DNA of 64,000 bases from Chloroflexota bacterium (GTDB taxonomy: Bacteria; Chloroflexota; Anaerolineae; UBA2200), in assembly GCA_030607875.1 (NCBI GenBank), contig JAUWJD010000004.1, forward strand, positions 68,605 through 132,604. The letters are read 5' to 3'. How positions within the stretch are numbered: position 1 is the first letter of the stretch; the number at the start of each line of letters is the position of its first letter. The notes under the pieces are model-generated. The model was not told the DNA's origin. It worked only from the letters and a program-made list of their open reading frames with translations, and made no database searches. Below, one piece after another: positions 28,530 to 38,774 of this stretch. Made by a program: the position numbers and the translations under genes.

Positions 28530-29264
28530 ATGAAAGACAGAGCGCGCATCCACATCGGCACATGCGGCTGGCACTATGCGCATTGGTGCGGCCCTTTCTA
28601 TCCGCCTGATTTGGACAAGAAGGGCTTTCTCCAGTACTACGCAGGCTACTTCCATACCGTCGAGATCAACAACACCTTTTACCAGCAGCCGCGGGAGGAA
28701 ACCTTCGTCCAGTGGCGGGAGACGGTACCCCGCGGCTTTGTGTTTGCGGTCAAGGCCAATCGCTACATCACGCATATGAAGAAGCTGAAGGACCCGCAGG
28801 ACCCGGCAGCGCGCTTTCTGAAGGGCGCACGCAGGTTGCAGAGCAAGTTAGGCCCGATCCTCTTCCAACTGCCACCGAACTGGAGGGTGAATGTGGAGCG
28901 GCTGCGTTCATTCCTCGAAACACTCCCCAAGGAGCACAGCTACGCTTTCGAGTTTCGCCATCCAAGCTGGTTTGATGTCCAGGTCTATGATTTGCTCAGG
29001 GAGCATGGAGCAGCATTTTGTTTGCATGACCTGTCCGGCCAACCCTCGCCCGAAGTGATCACCTCCAACGTCGTCTTTGTGCGCCTGCACGGCCCTACAG
29101 GGCGCTACCAGGGACTGTACACAGAGGAAGCGCTGGCTCGGTGGGCCGGTGCCTTCTTAACCTGGGCCGGTCAGGGGAAGGAGATCTACTGCTATTTCAA
29201 CAACGACATCAATGCGTATGCGCCCCGGAATGCCCGGCAATTGCAGGAGATGATTGACAGGTGA
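28530..29264 (+). CDS. DUF72 (YecE-like) family protein
   Basis: The IGTCGWHYAHWCGPFYP N-terminus and NTFY motif are typical of DUF72. Confidence 0.8.
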   Translation: MKDRARIHIGTCGWHYAHWCGPFYPPDLDKKGFLQYYAGYFHTVEINNTFYQQPREETFVQWRETVPRGFVFAVKANRYITHMKKLKDPQDPAARFLKGARRLQSKLGPILFQLPPNWRVNVERLRSFLETLPKEHSYAFEFRHPSWFDVQVYDLLREHGAAFCLHDLSGQPSPEVITSNVVFVRLHGPTGRYQGLYTEEALARWAGAFLTWAGQGKEIYCYFNNDINAYAPRNARQLQEMIDR

Positions 29265-29911
29265 TGCAATACAATCCCACTCTGTTCCGGGATCGAGCCG
29301 ATGCTGGGGGAAAACTGGGCCAGGAACTGGACAGACTGGAACTGCAGAATCCAGTGGTGCTTGCCGTCCCTGCCGGAGGCGTGCCGGTCGCCAAGGAGGT
29401 TGCCAGGATCCTGCATGCACCCCTCGATGTGATCATCGCCCGCAAGATCCAGTTCCCCTGGACCACAGAAGCTGGATTTGGCGCGGTGGTCGCCGATGGC
29501 ACGGTATACCTGGGTCCCTATGCGGAGAATCTCCCCAGGGCGGTTGTCGAAGCGCAAACCCAGAAGGCACAACGGGAAGTGGAACACCGCACGAAGGAGT
29601 TCCTGCGCGGCAGGAAGCAGGTGCAACTCTGCGGCAAGGTGGTCATCCTGGTTGATGATGGCCTGGCCACTGGCTCCACGATGCTCGCAGCTGTCCAATC
29701 GGTGAAGAAGAAAGGCCCAAAGAAGATCATTGTCGCAGTTCCCACTGCATCAGGGACCGCAGTGAAGTTGATTGAACTTCACGTTGATCGATTGATCGCG
29801 CTCTATGTGCATCCGGGAGGCATGCCCTTTGCGGTTGCCTCCTCCTATCAGAACTGGTATGATCTCACGGACGAACAGGTAAAGGCGTATCTCGAGGCAT
29901 CCTCTGAGTAG
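29261..29911 (+). CDS. Phosphoribosyltransferase-domain protein
   Basis: It has the PRPP-binding motif VVILVDDGLATGST. The start overlaps the DUF72 stop (GTGATG). Confidence 0.75.
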   Translation: MMQYNPTLFRDRADAGGKLGQELDRLELQNPVVLAVPAGGVPVAKEVARILHAPLDVIIARKIQFPWTTEAGFGAVVADGTVYLGPYAENLPRAVVEAQTQKAQREVEHRTKEFLRGRKQVQLCGKVVILVDDGLATGSTMLAAVQSVKKKGPKKIIVAVPTASGTAVKLIELHVDRLIALYVHPGGMPFAVASSYQNWYDLTDEQVKAYLEASSE

Positions 29912-29973
29912 AAAGGGTGTTGTCATGTCCAAAGCATCTGGTGTTCTGACGTTGACGGCATGGTGAAGAAGAG

Positions 29974-30789
29974 ATGAGCAAACCGACCCTGATGGCGGTT
30001 TTTGCCCACCCTGATGATGAAGCCTTTGGTGTGGGCGGCACACTGGCCAAGTATGCTGACCAGGACTGCGACGTGTACCTGGTGACCGCCACGCGCGGTG
30101 AAGCGGGCGAGATCGGTGATCCCAGTCTGGCCACTACCGCCAACCTGCCCCAGGTGCGCGAACAAGAACTGCGCTGTGCCTGCGAGGCGTATGGCATCCA
30201 TGCGCCGCGTTTCCTGGACTATGTGGATGGACAATTGGCCATCATCCATCAAGGCCAGGCCGTGGGCAAACTGGTGCGCCTCATCCGTGAGTGTCAACCG
30301 CAGGTTCTGGTGACCTTTGGCCCCGAAGGCATCTACGGTCACTACGACCACATTGCCGTCCATCGCTGGACGACCATCGCTTATGATCTGGCGGCGGATG
30401 CCAGTTGCTTCCCCGATCAGCTCACAGACGCCTGCGTCCCGCACCAGGTGAGCAAGCTATACTTCCAGGTGCTGCCCGAAGAACTGGCAGGAATGATGTC
30501 CCAGGACGGCAAGCCGGCAGCGGTGATGATGGACGGTGTGCCATTTCCCATGGTTGGCTACTCCCAAAAGGAGATCACCACGGTAATCAACATTGGCCGA
30601 TATCTGGAGACCAAAATGCGTGGCCTCCAATGCCACGCCAGCCAGTTCGACGCCAGCAGCGCCGCGGAGGAGGCGCAGCAGATGCTCGATGGCCCTTTGT
30701 TCCGCCAGGAGACCTTCGTGCTGGCCCGTTCCACGGTTGGTTGGCCGGATGGGGTGGAGACAGACCTGTTTCGCGGCCTGCGGAACTGA
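29974..30789 (+). CDS. PIG-L/LmbE-family N-acetylglucosaminyl deacetylase
   Basis: It has an AHPDDEAFG motif and a downstream HxDH (GHYDHIAVH). Confidence 0.8.
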   Translation: MSKPTLMAVFAHPDDEAFGVGGTLAKYADQDCDVYLVTATRGEAGEIGDPSLATTANLPQVREQELRCACEAYGIHAPRFLDYVDGQLAIIHQGQAVGKLVRLIRECQPQVLVTFGPEGIYGHYDHIAVHRWTTIAYDLAADASCFPDQLTDACVPHQVSKLYFQVLPEELAGMMSQDGKPAAVMMDGVPFPMVGYSQKEITTVINIGRYLETKMRGLQCHASQFDASSAAEEAQQMLDGPLFRQETFVLARSTVGWPDGVETDLFRGLRN

Positions 30790-30823
30790 GCAGAGAAGCA
30801 GCGGTCCCAGGTTCTCACACGAG

Positions 30824-31843
30824 GTGCTCAACTTGCAGAAGCTGGCCATTCCCGAGCCTGTCTCCGGCGGGCTCTTGCTCTCCTACAAATGCACCAGCCG
30901 TTGCCGGCATTGCCTGTACGCTTGCTCGCCCAGGTGGAAGGCGGATTGGCTCTCGGTGGCTGATGCCGAGGCCATCCTGACCCAGCTTGCTCCCAAGCTG
31001 CGGGGCAACTGCGCTGGCTATGGCGGCGTGGGCGTCAACCAGGGCCTGCATTTCACGGGCGGTGAACCTTTCCTCAATTTCGACCTTCTTCTGGAGGTCA
31101 CGGCTATCGCGCACCGGCTGGGCATCCCCTCCACGTTTGTGGAGACCAATGGCTACTGGTGCACCGATGACCATTCCGCCAGGGAGAAGCTGATACGCCT
31201 CAAAGAAGCAGGCCTGGAGGGCATCCTCATCAGTGCCAACCCGTTCGTCGTGGAGCAGGTGCCCTTTGCGCGCACCCGGCGGGCTGCCAGGATCAGCGCA
31301 GAGTTTTTTCCAGGCAACGTGATGGTGTACCAGCAATTCTTCTACCAGCAATTCCGCCAGATGGGCCTCGAGGGCACTCTGGCTCTGGAGGAGTACCTGC
31401 AGAGGGCAGACTGCGGCCTGCGGTATGCCGAGTTGCTACCTGGGGGGCGAGTCTCCTACGCTCTGGGGCACCTCTTTCGGAAGTATCCAGCGCAGCACTT
31501 CTTCTCTGCATCCTGCCGGCACGAGCTGATCCGCGACTGGCACATCCACGTTGATAACTATGGCAACTATATCCCCGGCTACTGCGCAGGCCTGTCACTG
31601 GGCGACGCGCGTGATCTGGACGCGCTTTGCCAGGGCATCAACCTGGATGAGCTTCCCGTTTTGCGCGCCCTGCTGACCAGCCTGGCCGAATTGTACCGGC
31701 TGGGCCGGGAATTCGGCTACGAAGAAGGAGATGGATACGTCTCCAAATGCCATCTGTGTATTGATATCAGAAGGCATCTGGTGCAGGTGGGTGAGTTCAA
31801 AGAGCTCAAGCCACGGCAGTTCTACGAGCATCTGGAGGATTAG
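30824..31843 (+). CDS. Radical SAM protein of unknown specificity
   Basis: It has CTSRCRHC (CxxxCxxC) and FTGGEPF. The start is uncertain (GTG at 30824). The track ORF start at 30593 overlaps the PIG-L gene and is unlikely. Confidence 0.7.
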   Translation: MLNLQKLAIPEPVSGGLLLSYKCTSRCRHCLYACSPRWKADWLSVADAEAILTQLAPKLRGNCAGYGGVGVNQGLHFTGGEPFLNFDLLLEVTAIAHRLGIPSTFVETNGYWCTDDHSAREKLIRLKEAGLEGILISANPFVVEQVPFARTRRAARISAEFFPGNVMVYQQFFYQQFRQMGLEGTLALEEYLQRADCGLRYAELLPGGRVSYALGHLFRKYPAQHFFSASCRHELIRDWHIHVDNYGNYIPGYCAGLSLGDARDLDALCQGINLDELPVLRALLTSLAELYRLGREFGYEEGDGYVSKCHLCIDIRRHLVQVGEFKELKPRQFYEHLED

Positions 31844-31846
31844 TCG

Positions 31847-32395
31847 ATGGAGCGTCTATATCGGAGGGTGGCACGCGTACCAGTTGTCTGGTTTTCTCTC
31901 TTCTTGACCGTGTTGGCGTTCGTAGCTTTCGCGGTGTTGGATAGAGGGCGGCCGCTCGGAGCGCCGGGAGTGGTCGCGCTGGAGCTGGCGTTCTCCGCGG
32001 ACGCTTTTCGCAACATCATCGCGCAGTGGGGTGATGCAGGTGTGCAGGCCTACCGGGTGAGCACGCTTTGTTTCGACTACTGGTTCCCCGTCGCCTATGC
32101 ACTGCTCCTGGCCAGCCTCATCGCTCTTCTGGCAGCCAGGTCAGGCAGAGTCCCAGCCAGGCTTCGGCTGAGCTTGTTCGCGCTGCCGTTTCTTGCTGCG
32201 CTGTTGGACTGGATCGAGAACACGCTGCACCTGATCCTGCTCCGAGATCCTCGTCATATCTCGACGCCTGTGGTGTTTATCGCCTCTGTTGCGGCAGCGA
32301 TCAAGTGGGGGCTCATTGCGCTCTCGGTTCTGGTCATTATCTTTCTTATGCTGAGAGAGCTAACACGAGGACACTGGGGCACAAAGACACGATGA
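31847..32395 (+). CDS. Hypothetical integral membrane protein
   Basis: The 182-aa ORF has 4-5 hydrophobic segments and starts 4 nt after the radical SAM stop. Confidence 0.5.
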   Translation: MERLYRRVARVPVVWFSLFLTVLAFVAFAVLDRGRPLGAPGVVALELAFSADAFRNIIAQWGDAGVQAYRVSTLCFDYWFPVAYALLLASLIALLAARSGRVPARLRLSLFALPFLAALLDWIENTLHLILLRDPRHISTPVVFIASVAAAIKWGLIALSVLVIIFLMLRELTRGHWGTKTR

Positions 32396-32493
32396 GTAAC
32401 ATGGCTGTCGAAGCCCACGAGGTCGTCATGAAGCAGTTGCGGGCGCACCGAAGGAAACCATTCTCCCTGTGCAAGGCAACAGGCCCCTGGGGC

Positions 32494-33732
32494 TTACGTG
32501 GCCATCGCGCGGTTTTTCCCCGGCAACAGCCAAAGGAGGGGCAACCCCAGCAGCATGATAATGGCACTGGCGGTGAACGCCCAACGCAGCCCAAAGCGGT
32601 CTCCCATTGCTCCCACCACCACTCCGATGAGGGAGCGCGTGACAAAGCTCAGTGCCAGGTAGAGGCCATTGGCCAGGGCCCGATTCTCGGAAAAGCGCTC
32701 CTGAACCAGGGCGAGAAAGACCGGCATGGTGGACATCGAGGTCAAGCCCAGCAGGAACAGGCTCAAGACCTGGACCCAGCCGTTGACCTGCAGAAAAAGC
32801 AGCATGAAGGCTGGGGCTGCCAGGAAACCGCTGAGGAGGATGGGGCGGCGGCCCAACCGGTCGCTCAGGGCACCGGCCAGTAGTGCCCCCAGCGTGCCTG
32901 CACCGTGTAAGACTGAAAGGGCGGCCCCGGCAAACCACAGGTCAGCGCCCTCTTCAGTCAAGAAGACTGGCAAGTAAGTACCAAGAGCAGAAGTCATGAA
33001 GGATCGAATGGCAACGATGCCGGTCATGAGGAGCATCAGCGGCGCCATGGCCCCAAGGGCCTGCTTTGAGAGTGGTACTTGCCTGGCTCGTGTGGGTTGT
33101 TTGGGTACATCTCTCAGTCGCAGGTAGAGCAAGCCTGATCCCAGCAGTCCGAGGATCATCAGCCAGGGCAGGCCTCTCAGGCCCAGTATCTGCACCACGC
33201 TCACAACCAGGATGGGCCCCAGGGTCGGACCCAGACGGCCGCCGACCATCCACAGGCCCATGCCCCGGCCCAGCCTTCGTCCTGACAGTCTGCCGGCTGC
33301 CGCTGGCCCCACAGCGTGGAAACCTGCCCGGCTGATGCCGGCTACCGTCAACAACAGTGCCAGCACACCATAGTTTGGTGCTATGCCCAGGAGGCTCATC
33401 ATTACCGCGGTCACGGCCGGCCCCAGGATGACCACGGGGCGTAAATCGACGCGGTCAGCCCAATGGCCGATAAGCGGCTGAAGCAGCGACGGCATATCGA
33501 GCAGGGCTGCCAGCACACCAGCTTCGGCTTTCGATAGGGAGAGATTGGCGATGAATGTGGGCAAGAGGGGCGGCAAGAAACCCTGGAAAGTATCGTGTAC
33601 TGCGTGTGCTGCAGCGATGGTGAGCACATTGCCTGTTTCGAACGGCGTCGTCTGTGTGCTGCCGTCCGCTTGATGCTCGGTGCTGGCTCGTGCGGTGTCC
33701 TCGGTCTCTTCGGTCATGGTTGCGATGTGCAT
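32494..33732 (-). CDS. MFS transporter
   Basis: It has about 12 hydrophobic segments and is a paralogue of the adjacent gene. Confidence 0.8.
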   Translation of the reverse strand: MHIATMTEETEDTARASTEHQADGSTQTTPFETGNVLTIAAAHAVHDTFQGFLPPLLPTFIANLSLSKAEAGVLAALLDMPSLLQPLIGHWADRVDLRPVVILGPAVTAVMMSLLGIAPNYGVLALLLTVAGISRAGFHAVGPAAAGRLSGRRLGRGMGLWMVGGRLGPTLGPILVVSVVQILGLRGLPWLMILGLLGSGLLYLRLRDVPKQPTRARQVPLSKQALGAMAPLMLLMTGIVAIRSFMTSALGTYLPVFLTEEGADLWFAGAALSVLHGAGTLGALLAGALSDRLGRRPILLSGFLAAPAFMLLFLQVNGWVQVLSLFLLGLTSMSTMPVFLALVQERFSENRALANGLYLALSFVTRSLIGVVVGAMGDRFGLRWAFTASAIIMLLGLPLLWLLPGKNRAMAT

Positions 33733-33769
33733 CTCCTGTGATTTGCCCTACCGTCGGATGTGAGCGGGC

Positions 33770-35080
33770 CTACGGCCCTGTGTCTCCTGTGGAGCGACTG
33801 GCTGGCAACAAGAAAACCAGCGGAGTTCCCAGCAGGAAGATACAGGTGCTGATCGTAAATGCCCACTGCAGCCCCCGCCAATCGCCCAATGCCCCGACTG
33901 CAACTACCGCCAGCGAGCGAATCAGGAAGGCCAACGATAGGTAAACGCTGCTGGCCAGGGCACGGTTGTGTGCGGAGCTTTCCTGAATGGCAGCCATGGC
34001 TACGGGGTCGTAGGTCACCACGACAAAGCCAATGGCGAGCAAGGTCAGCAGTTGCGCTGCACCGTCGAGTGCCAGGAAGGCAAAGAGGAACAATGGTGTG
34101 AGCAACATGGAGCCCAGCATGACGGCCCGCCGGCCCACCCGGTCGCTCAGTGAGCCACCTACCAACACGCCGCATGCTGCGGCTCCCTGGTACACCGTCA
34201 GCGACGCGCCCGCGATCCAGAAGCTCGCTCCTGCCTCGCTCAAGTAGGTCGGGAGGTAGCTGGCCATTGCGGACATGGCAAAAGAGCGCGTCACCACCAG
34301 CCCAAGCAGGGGCAGCAGGATATGCCTCATCTGCTTCAGGGCCTGGCGCCAGGGCAGACTCTGTGCGGATTGCGTGGCCCGCTGCCGTGTGTCCCCGAGC
34401 CGGAAGAAGAGCAGAAGCGATCCCAACATGCCGATGCCCACCAGCCAAGGGGTGGCCCTGAGGCCAAACTTGTCCACCACGCTGACAATGAGCACTGGCC
34501 CCAGCGTGAATCCGAGCTCTCCGCCAAAGATCCACAGGCCCATGCCGCGACCGATATTGCTCGCCCCGCTCAGTTCGCCAGCCATCGCCGGAACAACAGC
34601 GTGAAAGGCCATGGAGCTGATGCCAGCCACTACCAGCAACAGCGCCAATACGGTGTAACTCGGTGCCAGGCCCAGCAGACTGGTCATCACTGCGGTGATC
34701 GTCGGTGCCAGGATGACCAGCCTACGCAGGTTGAAGCGGTCTGCCAGGTGGCCGATGGCAGGCTGCAACAGCGCCGGCGTCTGTCTCAGCAGTGACAGCA
34801 GCCCGGCGCGGGTATGCGAGAGGCCTAGATTGGCGATGAACAGCGGTAAAAGGGCCGGCAGAAACGACATGTAGATATCGTTTGCCGCATGCCCCAGGGT
34901 GATAGTGAGTATGCTGCCCAATGGGAATTCCTGCGCGCCAGGGTTCCCGCCCTGCGAGACGCCAGACTCGTTCGCGGGGGTATCCATTTCCTTGCCGGTG
35001 CTGGTTGCGATGATGTCCTCCTGAAACTGGGTGGGCTCCCGGCTGAGTGTTGTTGTCATAGTGTGGATGGCTCCAGGCAA
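33770..35080 (-). CDS. MFS transporter (tandem paralogue)
   Basis: It is collinear with 32494-33732 (for example LPALLPLFIANLGLS vs LPPLLPTFIANLSLS). The exact start is uncertain. Confidence 0.8.
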   Translation of the reverse strand: MPGAIHTMTTTLSREPTQFQEDIIATSTGKEMDTPANESGVSQGGNPGAQEFPLGSILTITLGHAANDIYMSFLPALLPLFIANLGLSHTRAGLLSLLRQTPALLQPAIGHLADRFNLRRLVILAPTITAVMTSLLGLAPSYTVLALLLVVAGISSMAFHAVVPAMAGELSGASNIGRGMGLWIFGGELGFTLGPVLIVSVVDKFGLRATPWLVGIGMLGSLLLFFRLGDTRQRATQSAQSLPWRQALKQMRHILLPLLGLVVTRSFAMSAMASYLPTYLSEAGASFWIAGASLTVYQGAAACGVLVGGSLSDRVGRRAVMLGSMLLTPLFLFAFLALDGAAQLLTLLAIGFVVVTYDPVAMAAIQESSAHNRALASSVYLSLAFLIRSLAVVAVGALGDWRGLQWAFTISTCIFLLGTPLVFLLPASRSTGDTGP

Positions 35081-35272
35081 TCCTGCCCGCTGCCTTTCGG
35101 ATAGGTACCAAGTATAGCACCTGGCCCCGCCTGCGGCAAGTTGACTGACCGCGAAGGGCAGGCCCGGTCTGTGTCCTTGCTTTGATTCCTGCTTTGGTTT
35201 CGGGTATACTACCCCCGGGCTTGTTGGTGTAGGCTGCGTATTCTCTCAATTTATGATTTGCAAGGAGGTCCC

Positions 35273-35512
35273 ATGCTTGGCACTTCGACTCAGTGGATGT
35301 TGGATGAAGACATCCTGCGTTGCCCGGCTTGTGTCAGCGATCCAGAGCGTGATCCAAAGAAAAAAGACCCAGGTCGGCTCGACGTGGTCAAGAACAAGTG
35401 GCTCGTTTGCCGTGACTGCGGACGCAAGTACCCCGTGGAGGACGATATCCCGCAGATGTTGATCGAAATCGGTGACAAGTATCGCCATACTCCTGTGGAG
35501 GAACTGGAGTAG
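35273..35512 (+). CDS. Trm112-family zinc-ribbon protein
   Basis: It has CPAC...CRDCGRKYPVEDDIPQML and an AAGGAGG RBS 4 nt upstream of the chosen ATG. Confidence 0.7.
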   Translation: MLGTSTQWMLDEDILRCPACVSDPERDPKKKDPGRLDVVKNKWLVCRDCGRKYPVEDDIPQMLIEIGDKYRHTPVEELE

Positions 35513-35519
35513 GACGCTG

Positions 35520-36770
35520 ATGGACAGGAGCAGCTCATGGCTGCGGCCCGCGCTGCGGGTGGCGATTCCGCTGATGCTTGCGGCGTGTTGTTTCTTTGGG
35601 CAGGGTTTGCCCGTCTGCGCGGATGACGCCATTCGGATCCTGGAGAACACTCACAAGGTTCACTTCTCGGAGCGCATCACCTTCCGCTTACAGGTTGACG
35701 CTCTGAATGAGATACAGGAAGTGACGCTGTACTACCGGCGGATTGGTAAAGGCCTGACAGTCAAAGTTCCGATTCCCGTTTCGTCTGGTGAGGATGCCTT
35801 CACCTACACCTGGGAACTCGAGCCGGGTGAGGTGCCGGTGGGTGCCCACATTGAATACGATTGGCGCATCGTAGACGACTCCGGGAACGAACTGCGGACC
35901 TCTCCGCTGACGCTCGACTATGCAGACGACCGCTTCACCTGGCAGGCGCTGGAGGAAGACAACATCATCCTCTTCTGGTACCGATCGAGTGAGGTGGAAG
36001 CACGGCGTCTGTTGGGGTACGCCACCCAATCGCTGGCCCGTTTGCAGGACGAGATGGGCGTCATGCTGAAAGAGCCAGTGCGCATCTACGTCTACCGCAG
36101 CAAGTCGGACATGAGCCTGGCGCTGCCGCGAAAGAGCGAGGCGTACGATGATCGCATTCTGACCCTGGGCGTGGTTGTCGACGATGCAACGCTGTTGCTG
36201 CTGGGCTCACAATCCGACGTAGAAGGGACGATTGCCCACGAACTGTCGCACATTGTCGTGGGGCTGGCTACAGACAACCCCTACACATCCCTTCCACGCT
36301 GGTTGGATGAAGGCCTAGCCATGTACGCGGAAGGGGAGCTTCCTGCTGGGAACCGGCGTGCTCTGGAGAATGCCATCCAGCGCGACCAGTTGATCTCGGT
36401 GCGCTCTCTGTCCAGCTACACAGGGGATCCATCCCAGGTTGACCTGTTCTACGGCGAGGTCTACAGCCTGGTCGAATACTTGCTGCAGACCTACGGCAAA
36501 GACAAGATGACACAGTTGCTGGACTCTTTCACCGCCGGCATCACGCAGGAGGAGGCGTTGCAGCGTGCCTATGGGTTCGGCGTCGATGAACTGGATGCCC
36601 ACTGGCGCAAGAGCCTAGGCCTGCAGCCACGCGGGACGCCGGGTCCGGCCACGCCGGTGCCCCAACGCCCTGTGCAACGCCCATGCATTCCATGTCCTGG
36701 GGTGCTTTGGGGCGGATTCCTGAGCGCAGCAGCAGTTGCCGTTGGTAGGAAGCGTGCCAGAGCTTCCTGA
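35520..36770 (+). CDS. Secreted peptidase MA-like zinc metalloprotease
   Basis: A signal-like N-terminus from MDRSSSW, an HELSHIV (HExxH) motif and a downstream EGLAMYAE are present. Confidence 0.65.
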   Translation: MDRSSSWLRPALRVAIPLMLAACCFFGQGLPVCADDAIRILENTHKVHFSERITFRLQVDALNEIQEVTLYYRRIGKGLTVKVPIPVSSGEDAFTYTWELEPGEVPVGAHIEYDWRIVDDSGNELRTSPLTLDYADDRFTWQALEEDNIILFWYRSSEVEARRLLGYATQSLARLQDEMGVMLKEPVRIYVYRSKSDMSLALPRKSEAYDDRILTLGVVVDDATLLLLGSQSDVEGTIAHELSHIVVGLATDNPYTSLPRWLDEGLAMYAEGELPAGNRRALENAIQRDQLISVRSLSSYTGDPSQVDLFYGEVYSLVEYLLQTYGKDKMTQLLDSFTAGITQEEALQRAYGFGVDELDAHWRKSLGLQPRGTPGPATPVPQRPVQRPCIPCPGVLWGGFLSAAAVAVGRKRARAS

Positions 36771-37584
36771 AGTGGAGACGCTGGCCGGGGATTTGCGGCG
36801 ACTGCTGCGCGGCGCCGAGTTTTCCTCGGTGGAGATTCTTTGGTCACGCACGGTGGCCATGCCTGCTGCGGATGAGTTGGCCAGCCAATTGCCAGGCCGG
36901 AGAATCCTCGACGTCGGCAGGCGGGGCAAGTTTCTCATCCTGTCGCTGTCCGGGCCGAGCTATTTGCTCATCCACCTGCGGATGAGCGGGCAGTTGCGGG
37001 TCGAACATGGTAACTGCCCACCGGACCGCCATGCCCGTGTCGTTTTCCACCTGGTGGACGGCCGGCAACTGATCTTTTCCGACACGCGCAAGTTCGGTCG
37101 TGTCTACTGGGTTGACGACCCGGACCTGGTGGTAGGTGATCTCGGACCGGAGCCTCTAGCTCCCGACTTTACTCCGGAGGCCCTTGCCGCCCTCTTGTCG
37201 AGGCATAGGGGTGCGATCAAACCCTTGCTGCTCAATCAGAGAGTGCTGGCCGGGCTGGGCAATATCTACACCGATGAAGCGCTATTTGTCGCCGGTCTGC
37301 ACCCTTTGCGCAAAGCGAACACCCTTTCCCTGGCGGAGAGCGAGCATCTCTACGCGGCCATCCGCCAGGTGCTGCTGCAGGCCATCGACAACCGTGGTAC
37401 AACACTGGCCGATGCCCGCTATCGCGATGCGGAAGGCCGGCCAGGCCTAAATGTGGGAAGCCTGCGCGTGTATCATCGTGCAGGGGAGCCTTGTCCTCGC
37501 TGTGGAACGCTCATCGAGCGCACCGTCGTCGGTGGACGGGGAACGCACTTTTGCCCCTGCTGTCAGAGCCTGGTGGACGGTTGA
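36754..37584 (+). CDS. mutM: Formamidopyrimidine-DNA glycosylase
   Basis: A GTG start gives the canonical (M)PELPEVE N-terminus. The C-terminal zinc finger is CPRCG...CPCCQ. Confidence 0.9.
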   Translation: MPELPEVETLAGDLRRLLRGAEFSSVEILWSRTVAMPAADELASQLPGRRILDVGRRGKFLILSLSGPSYLLIHLRMSGQLRVEHGNCPPDRHARVVFHLVDGRQLIFSDTRKFGRVYWVDDPDLVVGDLGPEPLAPDFTPEALAALLSRHRGAIKPLLLNQRVLAGLGNIYTDEALFVAGLHPLRKANTLSLAESEHLYAAIRQVLLQAIDNRGTTLADARYRDAEGRPGLNVGSLRVYHRAGEPCPRCGTLIERTVVGGRGTHFCPCCQSLVDG

Positions 37585-37685
37585 TGGTTCTTAGTTGGCA
37601 GTCTCACGTGACAAGGCGTGAACTGAAACCTGTGGCGGAACACACCAACTGCCAACTGACAACTGGTCACTGTGGAGGTACAACC

Positions 37686-38774
37686 ATGTCGGCCAATGAG
37701 CGGAAGAAGTGCCGCATTCTGGTGATTAACCCAGGGTCTACGTCGACGAAGGTGGGCGTGTTCAAGAATGAGCGGGCTGTGCACGCTGAAACGATTGCCC
37801 ACGCCCATACCGAAATTGCGCGCTTTCCTCGCATTCCAGACCAATACGCTTTCCGCCGTTCCGCGGTGCTGTCCTTCTTGCAGGGGCATGACGTTGATGT
37901 CCAATCCCTTGATGCTGTGGTCGGGCGTGGCGGCATCCTGCGGCCTCTGCCCAGCGGGACGTATGCCGTAAACGAGCGCATGTTGGATGAACTGCGCAAT
38001 CCGGTCAAGGAGCGTGACCACGTCACCAATCTGGGCGCGCTCATCGCCAACGAGATCGCACAGCAGGCGGGCATCCCGGCCTATATCGTCGATCCGGTGT
38101 GTGTGGACGAGTTCGAACCGCTGGCGCGGATATCTGGCCTGCCGGAAATCGAACGCAAGAGCCTCTCTCACGTGCTCAGCCTGAAGAGTGCGGCCAGGCG
38201 CGCGGCGCAGGATCTCGGACGGCCTTACTCAGAGCTGAAGCTGGTGGTGGTGCACATGGGTGGGGGCATTTCGGTCAGCGCGCACCTCAACGGGCGCATG
38301 GTTGACGTAAATCAGGCCCTGGACGGCACCGGCCCCTTTTCTCCAGAGCGCGTGGGAGGGCTTCCGGTTGGCGATGTCCTGCGACTGGCTTTCTCTGGCA
38401 ACTACACCTACGAGGAATTGCTCCGGCGCTTCACCCGGCAGGGCGGCCTGCTGGCCCATCTGGGTACCAATGACGCTCGCGAGGTAGAGCGGCGCATTGC
38501 CGAAGGCGACGGGCATGCCCGCCTGGTCTACGAAGCCATGGCCTATCAGATTGCCAAGGAAATTGGCTTGATGTCCACCGTGCTGCGGGGCAGGCCGGAT
38601 GCCATTGTGCTCACTGGTGCCCTTGCCCATTCGCAGATGCTCTTGCAGTGGCTCGGTGAGCGGGTGGAGTGGCTGGCACCACTGTTGGTCTATCCCGGTG
38701 GTGACGAGATGCTAGCAATGGCCCAGGGCGCGCTGCGCGTGCTGCGTGGTGAGGAGGAGGTGCAGGAATACTGA
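37686..38774 (+). CDS. buk: Butyrate kinase
   Basis: ILVINPGSTSTKVGVF is present within an ASKHA fold. I chose the start at MSANERKK with a GGAGG RBS. Confidence 0.9.
   Translation: MSANERKKCRILVINPGSTSTKVGVFKNERAVHAETIAHAHTEIARFPRIPDQYAFRRSAVLSFLQGHDVDVQSLDAVVGRGGILRPLPSGTYAVNERMLDELRNPVKERDHVTNLGALIANEIAQQAGIPAYIVDPVCVDEFEPLARISGLPEIERKSLSHVLSLKSAARRAAQDLGRPYSELKLVVVHMGGGISVSAHLNGRMVDVNQALDGTGPFSPERVGGLPVGDVLRLAFSGNYTYEELLRRFTRQGGLLAHLGTNDAREVERRIAEGDGHARLVYEAMAYQIAKEIGLMSTVLRGRPDAIVLTGALAHSQMLLQWLGERVEWLAPLLVYPGGDEMLAMAQGALRVLRGEEEVQEY

Noticed and set aside
28431-28775. A 114-aa minus-strand ORF at the right edge of the defence locus
   Set aside because: It overlaps the well-supported DUF72 N-terminus on the opposite strand, and no family features are present.
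32068-35249. ORFs 32068-32883 (+), 33714-34535 (-) and 34722-35249 (-) overlapping the two MFS transporter genes
   Set aside because: They are out-of-frame or antisense shadows of the transporter genes, and their composition is not protein-like.
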